A stretch of 64,000 nucleotides of DNA from contig JAYUQG010000014.1 in NCBI GenBank assembly GCA_043756865.1, forward strand, positions 2,349 to 66,348, read 5' to 3'. This document shows, in pieces, positions 1 through 8,370 of the stretch (position 1 is the stretch's first letter; each line of letters opens with the position of its first letter). This DNA is from a bacterium. Its GTDB lineage: Bacteria > Patescibacteriota > Minisyncoccia > Phycocordibacterales > UBA6899. The notes under the pieces were generated by a model. It was not told the origin of the DNA. It was given only the letters and a program-made list of their open reading frames with translations, and did not search any database. The position numbers were made by a program, and so were the translations under genes.

Positions 1-700
1 ATACAATGAAATATTTACCTTGAAATGTTTTTGCGTCCTGCTGAAGTGAAATGTCAAAAGGATCTGGGGCAATGTTGTCTTCATGTACAATCTTGAGCCA
101 CTCATTTGATAACCCTTTTGAAACGAGCGCACGAGTATAGTCCCCGCCAATGGTTGCGAGCGGTGCAGGCGTACCGAATCCGTCATTCAATAATACCTGT
201 GTTCCTTCTTGAAATTGCACCGACATAGCAACACTACCAGTTGCCACCTTTCCACCAATCATGTTACCGGGGATGCTAAAGATTATTTTTGCAAGAATGT
301 TTGTTTTGCCGGGGTCACCCTGCACTCGCCCGCAATAGCCTGCGGGAATACCTCCTTCAAACGAGACAACTCCTTTCTCGTGGTCAACGAGCGGCTCAGT
401 AGGCCAAAGTGAGAGCAGTGATTCGCCTTTTGATACCGCAGATGCCTTCATCCAGTCTTTTGGGTACGAAATCTTTGCCGCAACCGCATTGACACAGTCT
501 GCACCATCTGGGTCTAGCCGCACCGTAAGTACAAATGTGTCCCCCGGTCCATATTCACCCGTTCTAGGTTCAATGGAAAGCGTCGCAGCAAAAAGCGTTG
601 TCGGCAGTATGTAAACCACAGCAGTGAGCACAAACAGCGCAATTGCTCCAACCGTTTCGCCTATTGTGGTTCGGGATTTAGTAGTTATCTTTGTGTTCAT
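1..700 (-). CDS. cohesin-domain secreted protein, N-terminal part; gene continues past the window start
   Basis: ATG at 698-700 on minus strand; signal peptide MNTKITTKSRTTIGETVGAIALFVLTAVVYILP followed by cohesin-like beta-sandwich (LSIEPRTGEYGPGDTFVLTVRLD...ISYPKDW...SLWPTEP...VSFEGGIPAGY); paralogous to the N-terminus of 31885..33372; absent from the ORF track because it runs off the edge. Confidence 0.5.
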   Translation of the reverse strand, partial: MNTKITTKSRTTIGETVGAIALFVLTAVVYILPTTLFAATLSIEPRTGEYGPGDTFVLTVRLDPDGADCVNAVAAKISYPKDWMKASAVSKGESLLSLWPTEPLVDHEKGVVSFEGGIPAGYCGRVQGDPGKTNILAKIIFSIPGNMIGGKVATGSVAMSVQFQEGTQVLLNDGFGTPAPLATIGGDYTRALVSKGLSNEWLKIVHEDNIAPDPFDISLQQDAKTFQGKYFIV

Positions 701-758
701 TGTGTTGCACTCATTGTATCTTTTCTATTGGCTAGTGACTACTTACCACTGACTGTGT

Positions 759-1940
759 CTACCCAGTCCAATGGAACAAAAGGATAGAGAAGTCTGTGAG
801 GTTCACTCTGCCATCCGAGTTTAAGTCTGCAATGCCGTGGTCTGTATCCCAATGGAAGAGCAATATAGAGAAGTCTACAAGATTCACACGACCGTCCCCA
901 TTCAAGTCGGCATTACCAGGCTCTTTTGCATCTTGGGTGCCCACATAGAAATTTATGGCTTGACTGTATCCACTTTTCGCCTGAGGAGGTGTACCAATTT
1001 GTTCAAACATTCCACGTACGGCATGAAATACCTCATCATCAAGACCTGCAGTTGATAAACTGGCATTCCAGAGCCCCGTCGGACTAGAAGTTCCTGTGCC
1101 GCGGGGTTCTTTTTCTTTGTTCACATATAAGGTGACTTTCGCATTTGGTGCAGTGGTGCCGAGTGCATCGAGCACATCTCCGACAGCTACTTTTTTTGTT
1201 GGGAGATCTATTGTCGGAGGAAGAAAAATATTTGAAACAGTAGTGACTGCATTTTGCGTAACCTGAAAGGTTGTCGTAAACATTACAGACCGTACACCAC
1301 GCGCATCGGTCGCCCAAAAACCAAATGTGGTGGGCCCGGGGCTAATTTCCGAAGTTTCGTAAGAAAAATTAGCATTTACATCCGCCTGTGCAACTGCCAC
1401 AACGGTGCCGTCCTTAAGTACGTTCACGTTTGCACTTGGATAGGCCTTACCCTCAAGCACGACTCGTGTTCGCGCACTTACTGGCACGTTTCCATCAAAT
1501 ACGCCGCCCCCACCACTACCACCTGGAGGTGGGGTTGGGGGTGGAGGTGGGGGTGCGGGAGGTGTGGTCGTCGAAATCGGCGGTGACTCCTGTACGCACA
1601 TATTCGTGCAGAGATCTCCAGAGACATTGTTGCCGTCATCGCATTGTTCAAGATAGAGCGCTTGGAGTGTCGAGTCTCCACAATACGGTCCGTAACCCGA
1701 GCATGTTGCATTGCATCGACGCTGTGCAGTGGTCGAGCCATAGGCACCATCGTTGAACAATCCGTCGTCACATACTTCTCCGGGATTAATAATTGCATCG
1801 TTGCAAATGGAGATGCGAATCGTCGTAGTCGCGAGTATTTGTGCGCGCACAACCGTGGGAACAAAAATGCCCTCACCCATTGGGAGGAGGAACAATGCCA
1901 CTAGCCCCACCCCGAGTACGTTTCGGAAAATATACTTCAT
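759..1940 (-). CDS. secreted dockerin-repeat protein with Cys-rich repeats, Pro-rich linker and Ig-like domain
   Basis: N-terminal signal peptide; repeated CxDGxxNxG...C motifs; PPAPPPPPPTPPPGGSGGGG linker; two C-terminal dockerin-type repeats DLNGDGRVNLVDFSILLFHW / DLNSDGRVNLTDFSILLFHW; lies 58 bp upstream of the cohesin gene at 1..700. Confidence 0.6.
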   Translation of the reverse strand: MKYIFRNVLGVGLVALFLLPMGEGIFVPTVVRAQILATTTIRISICNDAIINPGEVCDDGLFNDGAYGSTTAQRRCNATCSGYGPYCGDSTLQALYLEQCDDGNNVSGDLCTNMCVQESPPISTTTPPAPPPPPPTPPPGGSGGGGVFDGNVPVSARTRVVLEGKAYPSANVNVLKDGTVVAVAQADVNANFSYETSEISPGPTTFGFWATDARGVRSVMFTTTFQVTQNAVTTVSNIFLPPTIDLPTKKVAVGDVLDALGTTAPNAKVTLYVNKEKEPRGTGTSSPTGLWNASLSTAGLDDEVFHAVRGMFEQIGTPPQAKSGYSQAINFYVGTQDAKEPGNADLNGDGRVNLVDFSILLFHWDTDHGIADLNSDGRVNLTDFSILLFHWTG

Positions 1941-1951
1941 GAACTTGAATG

Positions 1952-2992
1952 CTATCGCTTACGTGAAAGGTCTACAACACCGCCTGACGCAACTGGGCGT
2001 CTACGCACAATTGGCTCATCGCGAGGCTCATCTCTTGGTGCAGAATCACGAGGTGTTCGCTCTTGGCGTCGTCTTGGCTTGCGCTTGAGGAATACAAAAC
2101 CCGCCACTATCGCCACCAGAAGTGTGGCGGGAATAATCACCGAAAGTTGATCTCCAATCCGCAGTCCTTCAAAGCCGTATGTCTCGTACCCCGTAATCGT
2201 GCCACGTGGAAGTACGGACATTGCGAGCTCACCTTGCTGCGCAACACGCTTTTCATCTTTTTGGATTGTATACTTTACGCGATAGCCTCCAGGAGGCAAC
2301 CACGTAGGCAAATACGCGAATACTTTTTTGGTATCAAATGGGAGTATTGTTTCAACAACATTTGTACTGAGTGTAGATTCTAACAGCTGCTGACCAGTCA
2401 CATCGTACACATCCATAGTCACCTTTGCAGGTGCGGAAGGTACATTTCCCGTATTTTCAATATACATCGCAAACTTAATTTTCCCAGGAAAGTCGAGCCA
2501 CCATTTGGCGTATCCTTGCTCTGCTTCAAAGAGTTCGACGCGTCGTACTTCAAAATTATATATCTCGTCAACAACATTCAGCTGTACATCAATTTGCGCA
2601 CCGAGCGCCAAAGAAACTCCTGTCGATGGGCCAGTTGAAGAAAATGTACGTATACGAATATTTCCATTATATGCGCCAAGTTTTGCGTCCTCAGGGACGC
2701 GCACCGTCACGTGCAGTTTCACCTGAGATTCACCCTTCGGAAGAATAAACTTCATGCCGCGGTCAAAAGAGAACCATCCTTCGATTGCGGGGAGGTTGAG
2801 TGCAAGTTCTGCGTTTAAGTCTTCAACTGGGTCACTGCGCACAATCACAATCTCCTGCGTGTACTCACTTCCAGGACGCAGTGTGTCATTGTGTACATAC
2901 GGAGGGGTAATACCAAAACCCGCGAATGCAAGATTCACAGTTCCTCCATAAAGGAAAACGCACACGGCAAAAAAAAGTATCCCCTGCCTCAT
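1952..2992 (-). CDS. CscA-like (DUF916/DUF3324-type) cell-surface protein: signal peptide, beta-rich ectodomain, C-terminal TM anchor and basic tail
   Basis: ORF 1952..3040 begins with a TTG; an ATG at 2990-2992 gives signal peptide MRQGILFFAVCVFLYGGTVNLAFA; GFGITPPYV motif near the N-terminus; C-terminal TM VIIPATLLVAIVAGFVFL followed by KRKPRRRQERTPRD tail; same architecture as 39358, 42093 and 43406 genes; start could also be 3019. Confidence 0.45.
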   Translation of the reverse strand: MRQGILFFAVCVFLYGGTVNLAFAGFGITPPYVHNDTLRPGSEYTQEIVIVRSDPVEDLNAELALNLPAIEGWFSFDRGMKFILPKGESQVKLHVTVRVPEDAKLGAYNGNIRIRTFSSTGPSTGVSLALGAQIDVQLNVVDEIYNFEVRRVELFEAEQGYAKWWLDFPGKIKFAMYIENTGNVPSAPAKVTMDVYDVTGQQLLESTLSTNVVETILPFDTKKVFAYLPTWLPPGGYRVKYTIQKDEKRVAQQGELAMSVLPRGTITGYETYGFEGLRIGDQLSVIIPATLLVAIVAGFVFLKRKPRRRQERTPRDSAPRDEPRDEPIVRRRPVASGGVVDLSRKR

Positions 2993-3074
2993 ATAATTAG
3001 GATACTGCAATTGTAACATGCACCACAAAATAAGATGCAAAAGAAGGATGTGGACGAGAAGTGGATATCCGCTC

Positions 3075-3215
3075 GGGATTATTCAAGCTGAAAGGCACAC
3101 GGTCGGCGCCTTCCGGCGAGCGCCGCCGTCACACTCGGGCAATTGCCCCATAAGAATGGGGACCAAGCCAATTGTCCTGCGTGAGACCTTTCAGCTTAAA
3201 TAATCCCTCGCTCCC
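3075..3215 (+). repeat. R1 structured repetitive element, copy 1 (candidate ncRNA or MITE-like element)
   Basis: core TGAAAGGCACACGGTCGG-hairpin-CCGCCGTCACACTCGG-hairpin-GACCAAGCCAATTGTCCTGCGTGAG-CCTTTCA closed by 11-bp inverted repeat AAGCTGAAAGG/CCTTTCAGCTT; two more copies at 10471..10608 and 31775..31880 whose internal hairpins have different sequences but preserved pairing. Confidence 0.55.
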
Positions 3216-3413
3216 GAGGTGAGAGTTAGCAATGTGTGGAGTCCCAAAACTTCATCATTCTCCTCGCTCCAAAGAAAAGAGCAAACAACTGTGCTGCGTG
3301 AGTGCTTTCATTTTGAACAGTCCTTCGCTCCAGAGGTGGGAGTTAACATTGTCGTCTGGAGTTCCAAAACTAGAACATTCTCCTCACTAAAAAGTACAGT
3401 GCTGGTGGCTGTG
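3167..3413 (+). repeat. imperfect tandem direct repeat (2 units of about 117-130 bp) duplicating the 3' tail of R1 copy 1
   Basis: unit a 3167..3283 and unit b 3284..3413 both start CTGCGTGAG.CCTTTCA....TCC.TCGCTCC.GAGGTG.GAGTTA..A.TGT...GGAGT.CCAAAACT..A.CATTCTCCTC.CT.AAAAG. Confidence 0.5.
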
Positions 3414-3429
3414 CTTTGTGTATTCTACT

Positions 3430-3562
3430 AAAAAACTTTCATAATTTTGATGGATTTCAGTTTTTTCGCGTCGGGAGTGTTTGAGAAGGTGTATGAGTTA
3501 TACATCATCCAAACCTTTCGACGATGAAAAAACTGAAAGGCGCAAAATTTGAAAGTTTTTTA
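3430..3562 (+). repeat. R2 structured element, copy 1 (nested inverted repeats), just past the stop of gene 3560..5467
   Basis: outer stem AAAAACTTTC (3431-3440) with GAAAGTTTTT (3551-3560); inner stem TTCAGTTTTTT (3456-3466) with AAAAAACTGAA (3527-3537); conserved GTGTATGAG, CCAAACCTTTC and ATTTTGATG blocks shared with copy 2 at 35054..35160. Confidence 0.5.
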
Positions 3563-5467
3563 CCAGTTGGCGCGCTCGCCGACAATACCTATAAGCGTAT
3601 TTTGACCTAAATAGTCACCAGAAAGTGTAATCGCTATGGGAACCGCGATGCCCCAATGTGTCGTACTTGATGCTTGCACACTAACGGAAGTTGATTTTGG
3701 AACGTTAAGCTCGATTTCGGCTCCTGGATTCGCAAGGAGTACCGTCGCTACTCCGTAGGCAAGTGTAGACGAGGCATATCTTTGGTTGGCGATAAAAATG
3801 GTTGAAGTTGCATTTCCAGAGCACGCTGCTGGGTAACCCGGACACATATTTACACCGTATAAAGTTTCATCCATTCCCACATTTCCCGCCGCGCGCAGTC
3901 CTGTTTGGTTTTGAGCTGTGTTTCCCACAGTGACTGTATCTTGCCCTGGTTGCAAACCTCCATAAGCGATAGTGGTAGTAGACACGGTGTATGCGAGAAA
4001 ACTTGTGAGCTCAGTACCTGATGTACTTTCAACGAGTGAGCTTGATGACGCATTGTCGTCGAATGCCCGAGCAGAGGCTAACCAGTTTTCTGCAAAATTC
4101 GGAGGATCTGTTGTGGGGACACCGTTACCATCCGTTGCTTCTGAAATATACCAAAGCGGAAATGTACAATCCCAAATGACATCTGAGTCTGTAGAACCGA
4201 GGCATGAAGTTGAACTTGCAACACAGTTCATGCTGTGCGTGGCAACAGTAGTCGTTGCAGGGCCAGGGTAACAATTGTTGGCATTATACTCCCCTGCTAT
4301 GTCGCAACCTGCCTGCGTTATTCCTGAGCGGTAAGTATTTGTGAACCCTGAAATAATCTCGCTTCCCGCAGCAAGATTCTGGCAACTATTCTGATCAGTG
4401 ACGGTGTATCGAACAGAAAATCCTTGCGTCTGAGTTGCAATGCCAGTAAGTGTGAGTGGTCCAGTCTGATCAGTATCAAGAAGTGAAATTGAAGCTGCAG
4501 CGATAGTTGGGGTCACATTGCTTACAAAAATCGAGGAATCCGCCCCCTGCGATCCCCCCGATGCCGCATGTGAACCGTGTTGGTCAATAATAAATCCAAA
4601 TGCCGTGTATGTTCCATCACGATAGGGAATCGCAAGCAATGTTGAAGTGGAAGGATTAGCTGCACTAAACGTGGATGTAGCCCACACTCCCCCTGGTCCG
4701 CAATTTGTGCCGGTAAAATCATTTGCACGGCAGACAAATAGTCTCACATCGTCTTGGTCAGCACCGATGTCCCCTGCGTATGTGTCAGTATCGGAGGAAG
4801 TTGCATAGAATATCACGGTACCACCCGGGTTTGTGGGGGAATTATCCATAAAAAAGGTAAATGTCGGGCGGTGGTTCACCACAAAAGGAGAACGCTCCCC
4901 CTCAGCACCGGGAGTGGTGGAACCTTGTCGAAATGCGGCATTGCAGGAGGCTCCGGGGCTTGTGCCGTCGCAAACCCAACCAAACCACGCATTAAACTCT
5001 GCGTTGAATTGCGAACCGATGCCTTCTGTTGTTGTGGTTGCAGCAGAAGCTCGAGCACCATTGGTGGTGGTTGCGGAAACCGCCCATTGGTTTGTATCGC
5101 CACCGTTACAATCGGGACGTCCGAGTGGACGTGGCGTGGGCAAGCCGCTTGTTTTGCAAATAAGTAGAAAGTAATTGTCGTTTGAAGAGTCGTTTGCTGA
5201 TCCTAGCCAAGTGATGACGCTTCCTGTATTTGTTGGTGTGGTTGTGGATGAAGGCGTGCTTTCATGTGCATCTTCAGCCCATTGCGGCGGAGTATTCAAT
5301 ACGGTAACTGAAGTAGTGGCTGAATCAGCCAATGCCACGTTCCCGCGGGGAATGTCCGCAACGAGCCCAAAACAAATAACAAATACGCCAAGTAGCGTTG
5401 TCGCGATACTGATTTTTCCCGTGATTGTGCTGTATCTTTCCCTCAACATATAGAAACTTAAGACCAT
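3560..5467 (-). CDS. large secreted Thr/Ser-rich hypothetical surface protein with N-terminal signal anchor
   Basis: 635-aa ORF; hydrophobic N-terminus ISIATTLLGVFVICFGLVA; many Cys pairs; no recognisable catalytic motif. Confidence 0.5.
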   Translation of the reverse strand: MVLSFYMLRERYSTITGKISIATTLLGVFVICFGLVADIPRGNVALADSATTSVTVLNTPPQWAEDAHESTPSSTTTPTNTGSVITWLGSANDSSNDNYFLLICKTSGLPTPRPLGRPDCNGGDTNQWAVSATTTNGARASAATTTTEGIGSQFNAEFNAWFGWVCDGTSPGASCNAAFRQGSTTPGAEGERSPFVVNHRPTFTFFMDNSPTNPGGTVIFYATSSDTDTYAGDIGADQDDVRLFVCRANDFTGTNCGPGGVWATSTFSAANPSTSTLLAIPYRDGTYTAFGFIIDQHGSHAASGGSQGADSSIFVSNVTPTIAAASISLLDTDQTGPLTLTGIATQTQGFSVRYTVTDQNSCQNLAAGSEIISGFTNTYRSGITQAGCDIAGEYNANNCYPGPATTTVATHSMNCVASSTSCLGSTDSDVIWDCTFPLWYISEATDGNGVPTTDPPNFAENWLASARAFDDNASSSSLVESTSGTELTSFLAYTVSTTTIAYGGLQPGQDTVTVGNTAQNQTGLRAAGNVGMDETLYGVNMCPGYPAACSGNATSTIFIANQRYASSTLAYGVATVLLANPGAEIELNVPKSTSVSVQASSTTHWGIAVPIAITLSGDYLGQNTLIGIVGERANW

Positions 5468-5614
5468 TATACATGAGCAATCCGCAAAAAAGGCAATAAG
5501 TTATACACAGTTTCAGAAAAAGATGGCAGAAATTTAGCCGAACCAGAAGAACAAAAAAAATATTGTCAGATTTTCTGTATTTTTCCTACTCCCTACTACT
5601 CCACTATCTTGCCA

Positions 5615-6823
5615 TTATTTATATCTAATCGCGTCAAGCGGATTTAAGCTTGCAGCGCGTCGGGCAGGAAATACTCCTGTCATAAAACCTACAATTGCAG
5701 AGAAAATGGCGATAAAAGTGAGAAATGTCAGAGGAAATGCAAAAAGGGAAACTGATTTTCCTCCAAAATTTGATGCGGCAACATTCATAGCACTATTAAT
5801 AACAAACCCAATAGTCCCGCCAAAAATAATACCCATGATTCCGCCAAGAAATCCCACAATGACTGCCTCTGCGACGAAAAGAATCTTGATGTCCCCCGAT
5901 GATGCACCGAGCGTGCGCATAATACCGATTTCTGCGGTGCGCTCGAGGAGGGTAACCGTCATGGTGTTGAACATTCCGATTGCAGATACCGTAAGCGCAA
6001 TACCTCCAAATACTGCAAGCACTGCCTGAATACCTTGAAAAATCTTATTCGCTTGTTCAACAGTCTTTGAGAGGGCAGTAACAACGAATCCTTTTTTTAC
6101 AATTTCTGCCTGGGTTGCGTCCAAAAACTCACTCTTTGTTATACGCACTTGCGCCTTATCGTAAGACTTTATTTCCAGATGTCCTGCGAGTTCAGCGAGT
6201 GTGATAATCGAAGCAATAAAATTTTCTTCGTTGGTGACCGCAACAATCTTATATGCCTTATTGATGGTCACCTCCTCGGAATCGTCCGTACCCTCGATGG
6301 GGACAAACACGCGAAATGTTGCCATCTTGCCCATGACGTCTTGTGGTTCTTTGTATCCAAAAAGCTTGAGTACCGCTTTTGTCACAATAATGCCATCTTT
6401 GTCCTTTGCTTCATTACCATCTTTAAAAAGCTCTCCCACAACAGCATTTGCACCGGTGTAGCGAAAGTATGGAGGTTCGGCACCCTGTAGAAAGGTATTC
6501 CCTGTAAGTCCGTCAATTGTAATAAGCGCAGGAAAACTGGCGAGTGGTGATACGTCCTTTACATCGGCCAGCCCTTCGAATTCTTTAATCGCTTTATCGG
6601 TAATCTGCACGACGCGCGAAGGAGGATTGTTTACCGCAAGTGAGAGTAGCGTCTCACCGAAAACGATTTGTTCGAGAATGATATTTTGTAGACCAAAGCC
6701 GAGTCCCACCAGTGTTACCACTGCGCCAGTACCCACACCCATGCCCGCAATAGTAAGCCACGTACGAGTGGGGTTCGTCTTAAACGCACGAGTGGAAAGC
6801 ATTGCGATGTCTTGCAGGCGCAT
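5615..6823 (-). CDS. ABC transporter permease, FtsX/MacB-like
   Basis: N-terminal TM, large extracytoplasmic loop, three C-terminal TM helices, C-terminal ...ARRAASLNPLDAIRYK typical of the FtsX family; ATG at 6821-6823 preceded by TTCTCTTCTATAATAGAATCAT promoter motif. Confidence 0.6.
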   Translation of the reverse strand: MRLQDIAMLSTRAFKTNPTRTWLTIAGMGVGTGAVVTLVGLGFGLQNIILEQIVFGETLLSLAVNNPPSRVVQITDKAIKEFEGLADVKDVSPLASFPALITIDGLTGNTFLQGAEPPYFRYTGANAVVGELFKDGNEAKDKDGIIVTKAVLKLFGYKEPQDVMGKMATFRVFVPIEGTDDSEEVTINKAYKIVAVTNEENFIASIITLAELAGHLEIKSYDKAQVRITKSEFLDATQAEIVKKGFVVTALSKTVEQANKIFQGIQAVLAVFGGIALTVSAIGMFNTMTVTLLERTAEIGIMRTLGASSGDIKILFVAEAVIVGFLGGIMGIIFGGTIGFVINSAMNVAASNFGGKSVSLFAFPLTFLTFIAIFSAIVGFMTGVFPARRAASLNPLDAIRYK

Positions 6824-6831
6824 ATGATTCT

Positions 6832-6837
6832 ATTATA
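6832..6837 (-). promoter_or_regulatory. -10 TATAAT box 8 nt upstream of the permease start codon (leaderless or short-leader promoter)
   Basis: minus-strand reading CGCTTCTCTTCTATAATAGAATCAT-ATG; same TTCTCTTCTATA(TA)ATAGAG motif precedes the ABC ATPase gene. Confidence 0.4.
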
Positions 6838-6952
6838 GAAGAGAAGCGAGAACTCACCAAGTTCTCTCCGCACGCTGTGTACCCAAAATTGACACGACGC
6901 GAGAATGACTTACTCTTGAAAAAGACTTCTTTTCTTTGAATAGGATACCCCC

Positions 6953-8251
6953 ATGTCCCTCGACATTTATGTAAAACGCCGCGCACGGCTTGCCAAAAAA
7001 TTGGGTACAGGTGCGGTTGCAATTATTCCCAGTGGACGAATGGTGCAGAGGAACGGTGACGTGCATTACCCATTTCGCCCCGATAGCGACTTCTTCTACC
7101 TTACAGGTTTCTCGGAACCAAATGCGCTCATTGTCCTTACGGGCGGTAAAGCAACATGCTCTGTGTTGTTCTGTGCACCGAAGGATCCAGAGAAGGAGTT
7201 GTGGGAGGGAGAGCGCATTGGCCCGAGAAAGGCGAAGCGTAACTTTGCATTTACTGCAGCCTACCCTGCCACATACGACGAAGATATGTGGCAACGCATT
7301 CGCGTATTCACAAACCCCGCAGTGAAAAAAGGCTTGCTTTCTTTTGCCGCGGGAGCACAGTCTCTCCTTCCTGAAGTAGTTGACCCCTCCGCAAAGAGCG
7401 CTACTGACCTGGCTGCATGCATTGGTGAAATGCGTCTTATCAAGTCTGCAAATGAGATTGCCACAATGCAGAAGGCGGCGAGTATTTCTGCGCGCGCACA
7501 CAAGGCGATACTTTTCATTGCGAAACCGCATATGCGCGAGTATGAACTTGAGGCCGAGCTCGCCTATCGTTTTCGCATCGCGGGCGGAGACCCACTCCAT
7601 GCCTACCCCCCGATTGTTGCGTCAGGAAAAAATGCATGCACGCTCCACTACACCAAAAATGACGCACTCCTTCGGAGTGGAGACCTCGTTCTCATTGATG
7701 CGGGTTGTGAGTATGAGGGATATGCCTCTGACATCACAAGGACGTTCCCCGCCAACGGCAAATTCACCAAAGCCCAGCGGACTCTATATGACATGGTGCT
7801 TCGTGCGCAGCTTGCTGCAATCAAAAAAGTGAAACCTGGCGTGCCACTCCATGAAGTGCACACCGCTGCAGCACTGGTCATTGCAGCAGGATTGTTGGAA
7901 CTTGGTTGGGTATATGCTGACGACGCATGGGAAGTTATTGCACGCAATCTTCATCGCCCCTACTTTCCGCATGGTACGAGCCACTGGCTAGGAAGTGACG
8001 TACATGACTCAGGCAATTACGAGCGGAGCGAAGATACGCGCAAGGCTATGCGGGTGCTTGAACCAGGAATGGTCATTACCGTGGAACCGGGACTCTATGT
8101 ACGCCCACAGAAAGGGATTCCGAGGGCATTCTGGAACATTGGTATCCGCATTGAAGATGATGTTCTTGTTACCAAGGACGGAAACACGGTACTCTCAAAG
8201 GAGGCGCCGAAAGATCCGGACGAAATTGAAAACATCATGGCTGCCAAGTAG
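6953..8251 (+). CDS. pepP: Xaa-Pro aminopeptidase (M24B family)
   Basis: 432 aa; HGTSHWLGSDVHD metal-binding motif, EPGMVITVEPGLY and IRIEDDVLVT pita-bread fold motifs. Confidence 0.7.
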   Translation: MSLDIYVKRRARLAKKLGTGAVAIIPSGRMVQRNGDVHYPFRPDSDFFYLTGFSEPNALIVLTGGKATCSVLFCAPKDPEKELWEGERIGPRKAKRNFAFTAAYPATYDEDMWQRIRVFTNPAVKKGLLSFAAGAQSLLPEVVDPSAKSATDLAACIGEMRLIKSANEIATMQKAASISARAHKAILFIAKPHMREYELEAELAYRFRIAGGDPLHAYPPIVASGKNACTLHYTKNDALLRSGDLVLIDAGCEYEGYASDITRTFPANGKFTKAQRTLYDMVLRAQLAAIKKVKPGVPLHEVHTAAALVIAAGLLELGWVYADDAWEVIARNLHRPYFPHGTSHWLGSDVHDSGNYERSEDTRKAMRVLEPGMVITVEPGLYVRPQKGIPRAFWNIGIRIEDDVLVTKDGNTVLSKEAPKDPDEIENIMAAK

Positions 8252-8260
8252 CCCACAAAC

Positions 8261-8287
8261 AACCGACCCACATAGGTCGGTTTTTTA
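8261..8287 (+). terminator. rho-independent terminator after pepP
   Basis: AACCGACC-CACATA-GGTCGGTT followed by TTTTTT. Confidence 0.55.
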
Positions 8288-8370
8288 TTAACTACAGACA
8301 CCAGACAAAGACAAAGACAAAGAATTTTACCCTTAATTTCGTTTTCTACAACTCTTAAACTTTGCCACAG

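Noticed and set aside
3075-3215. Hammerhead or other small self-cleaving ribozyme in R1 (CTGCGTGAG resembles CUGAUGAG)
   Set aside because: The hammerhead core needs CUGAnGA and a GAAA junction in defined stems; R1 has CUGCGUGAG and no matching three-stem arrangement. I list R1 as an unknown structured element instead.
3167-3413. CRISPR array
   Set aside because: Only two units of roughly 120 bp with about 75 percent identity and no short repeat/spacer periodicity; no cas genes anywhere in the window.
6854-7600. 248-aa minus-strand ORF overlapping pepP
   Set aside because: It lies entirely inside the well-supported pepP gene on the opposite strand; Cys/Arg-rich nonsense-like translation with no motifs.
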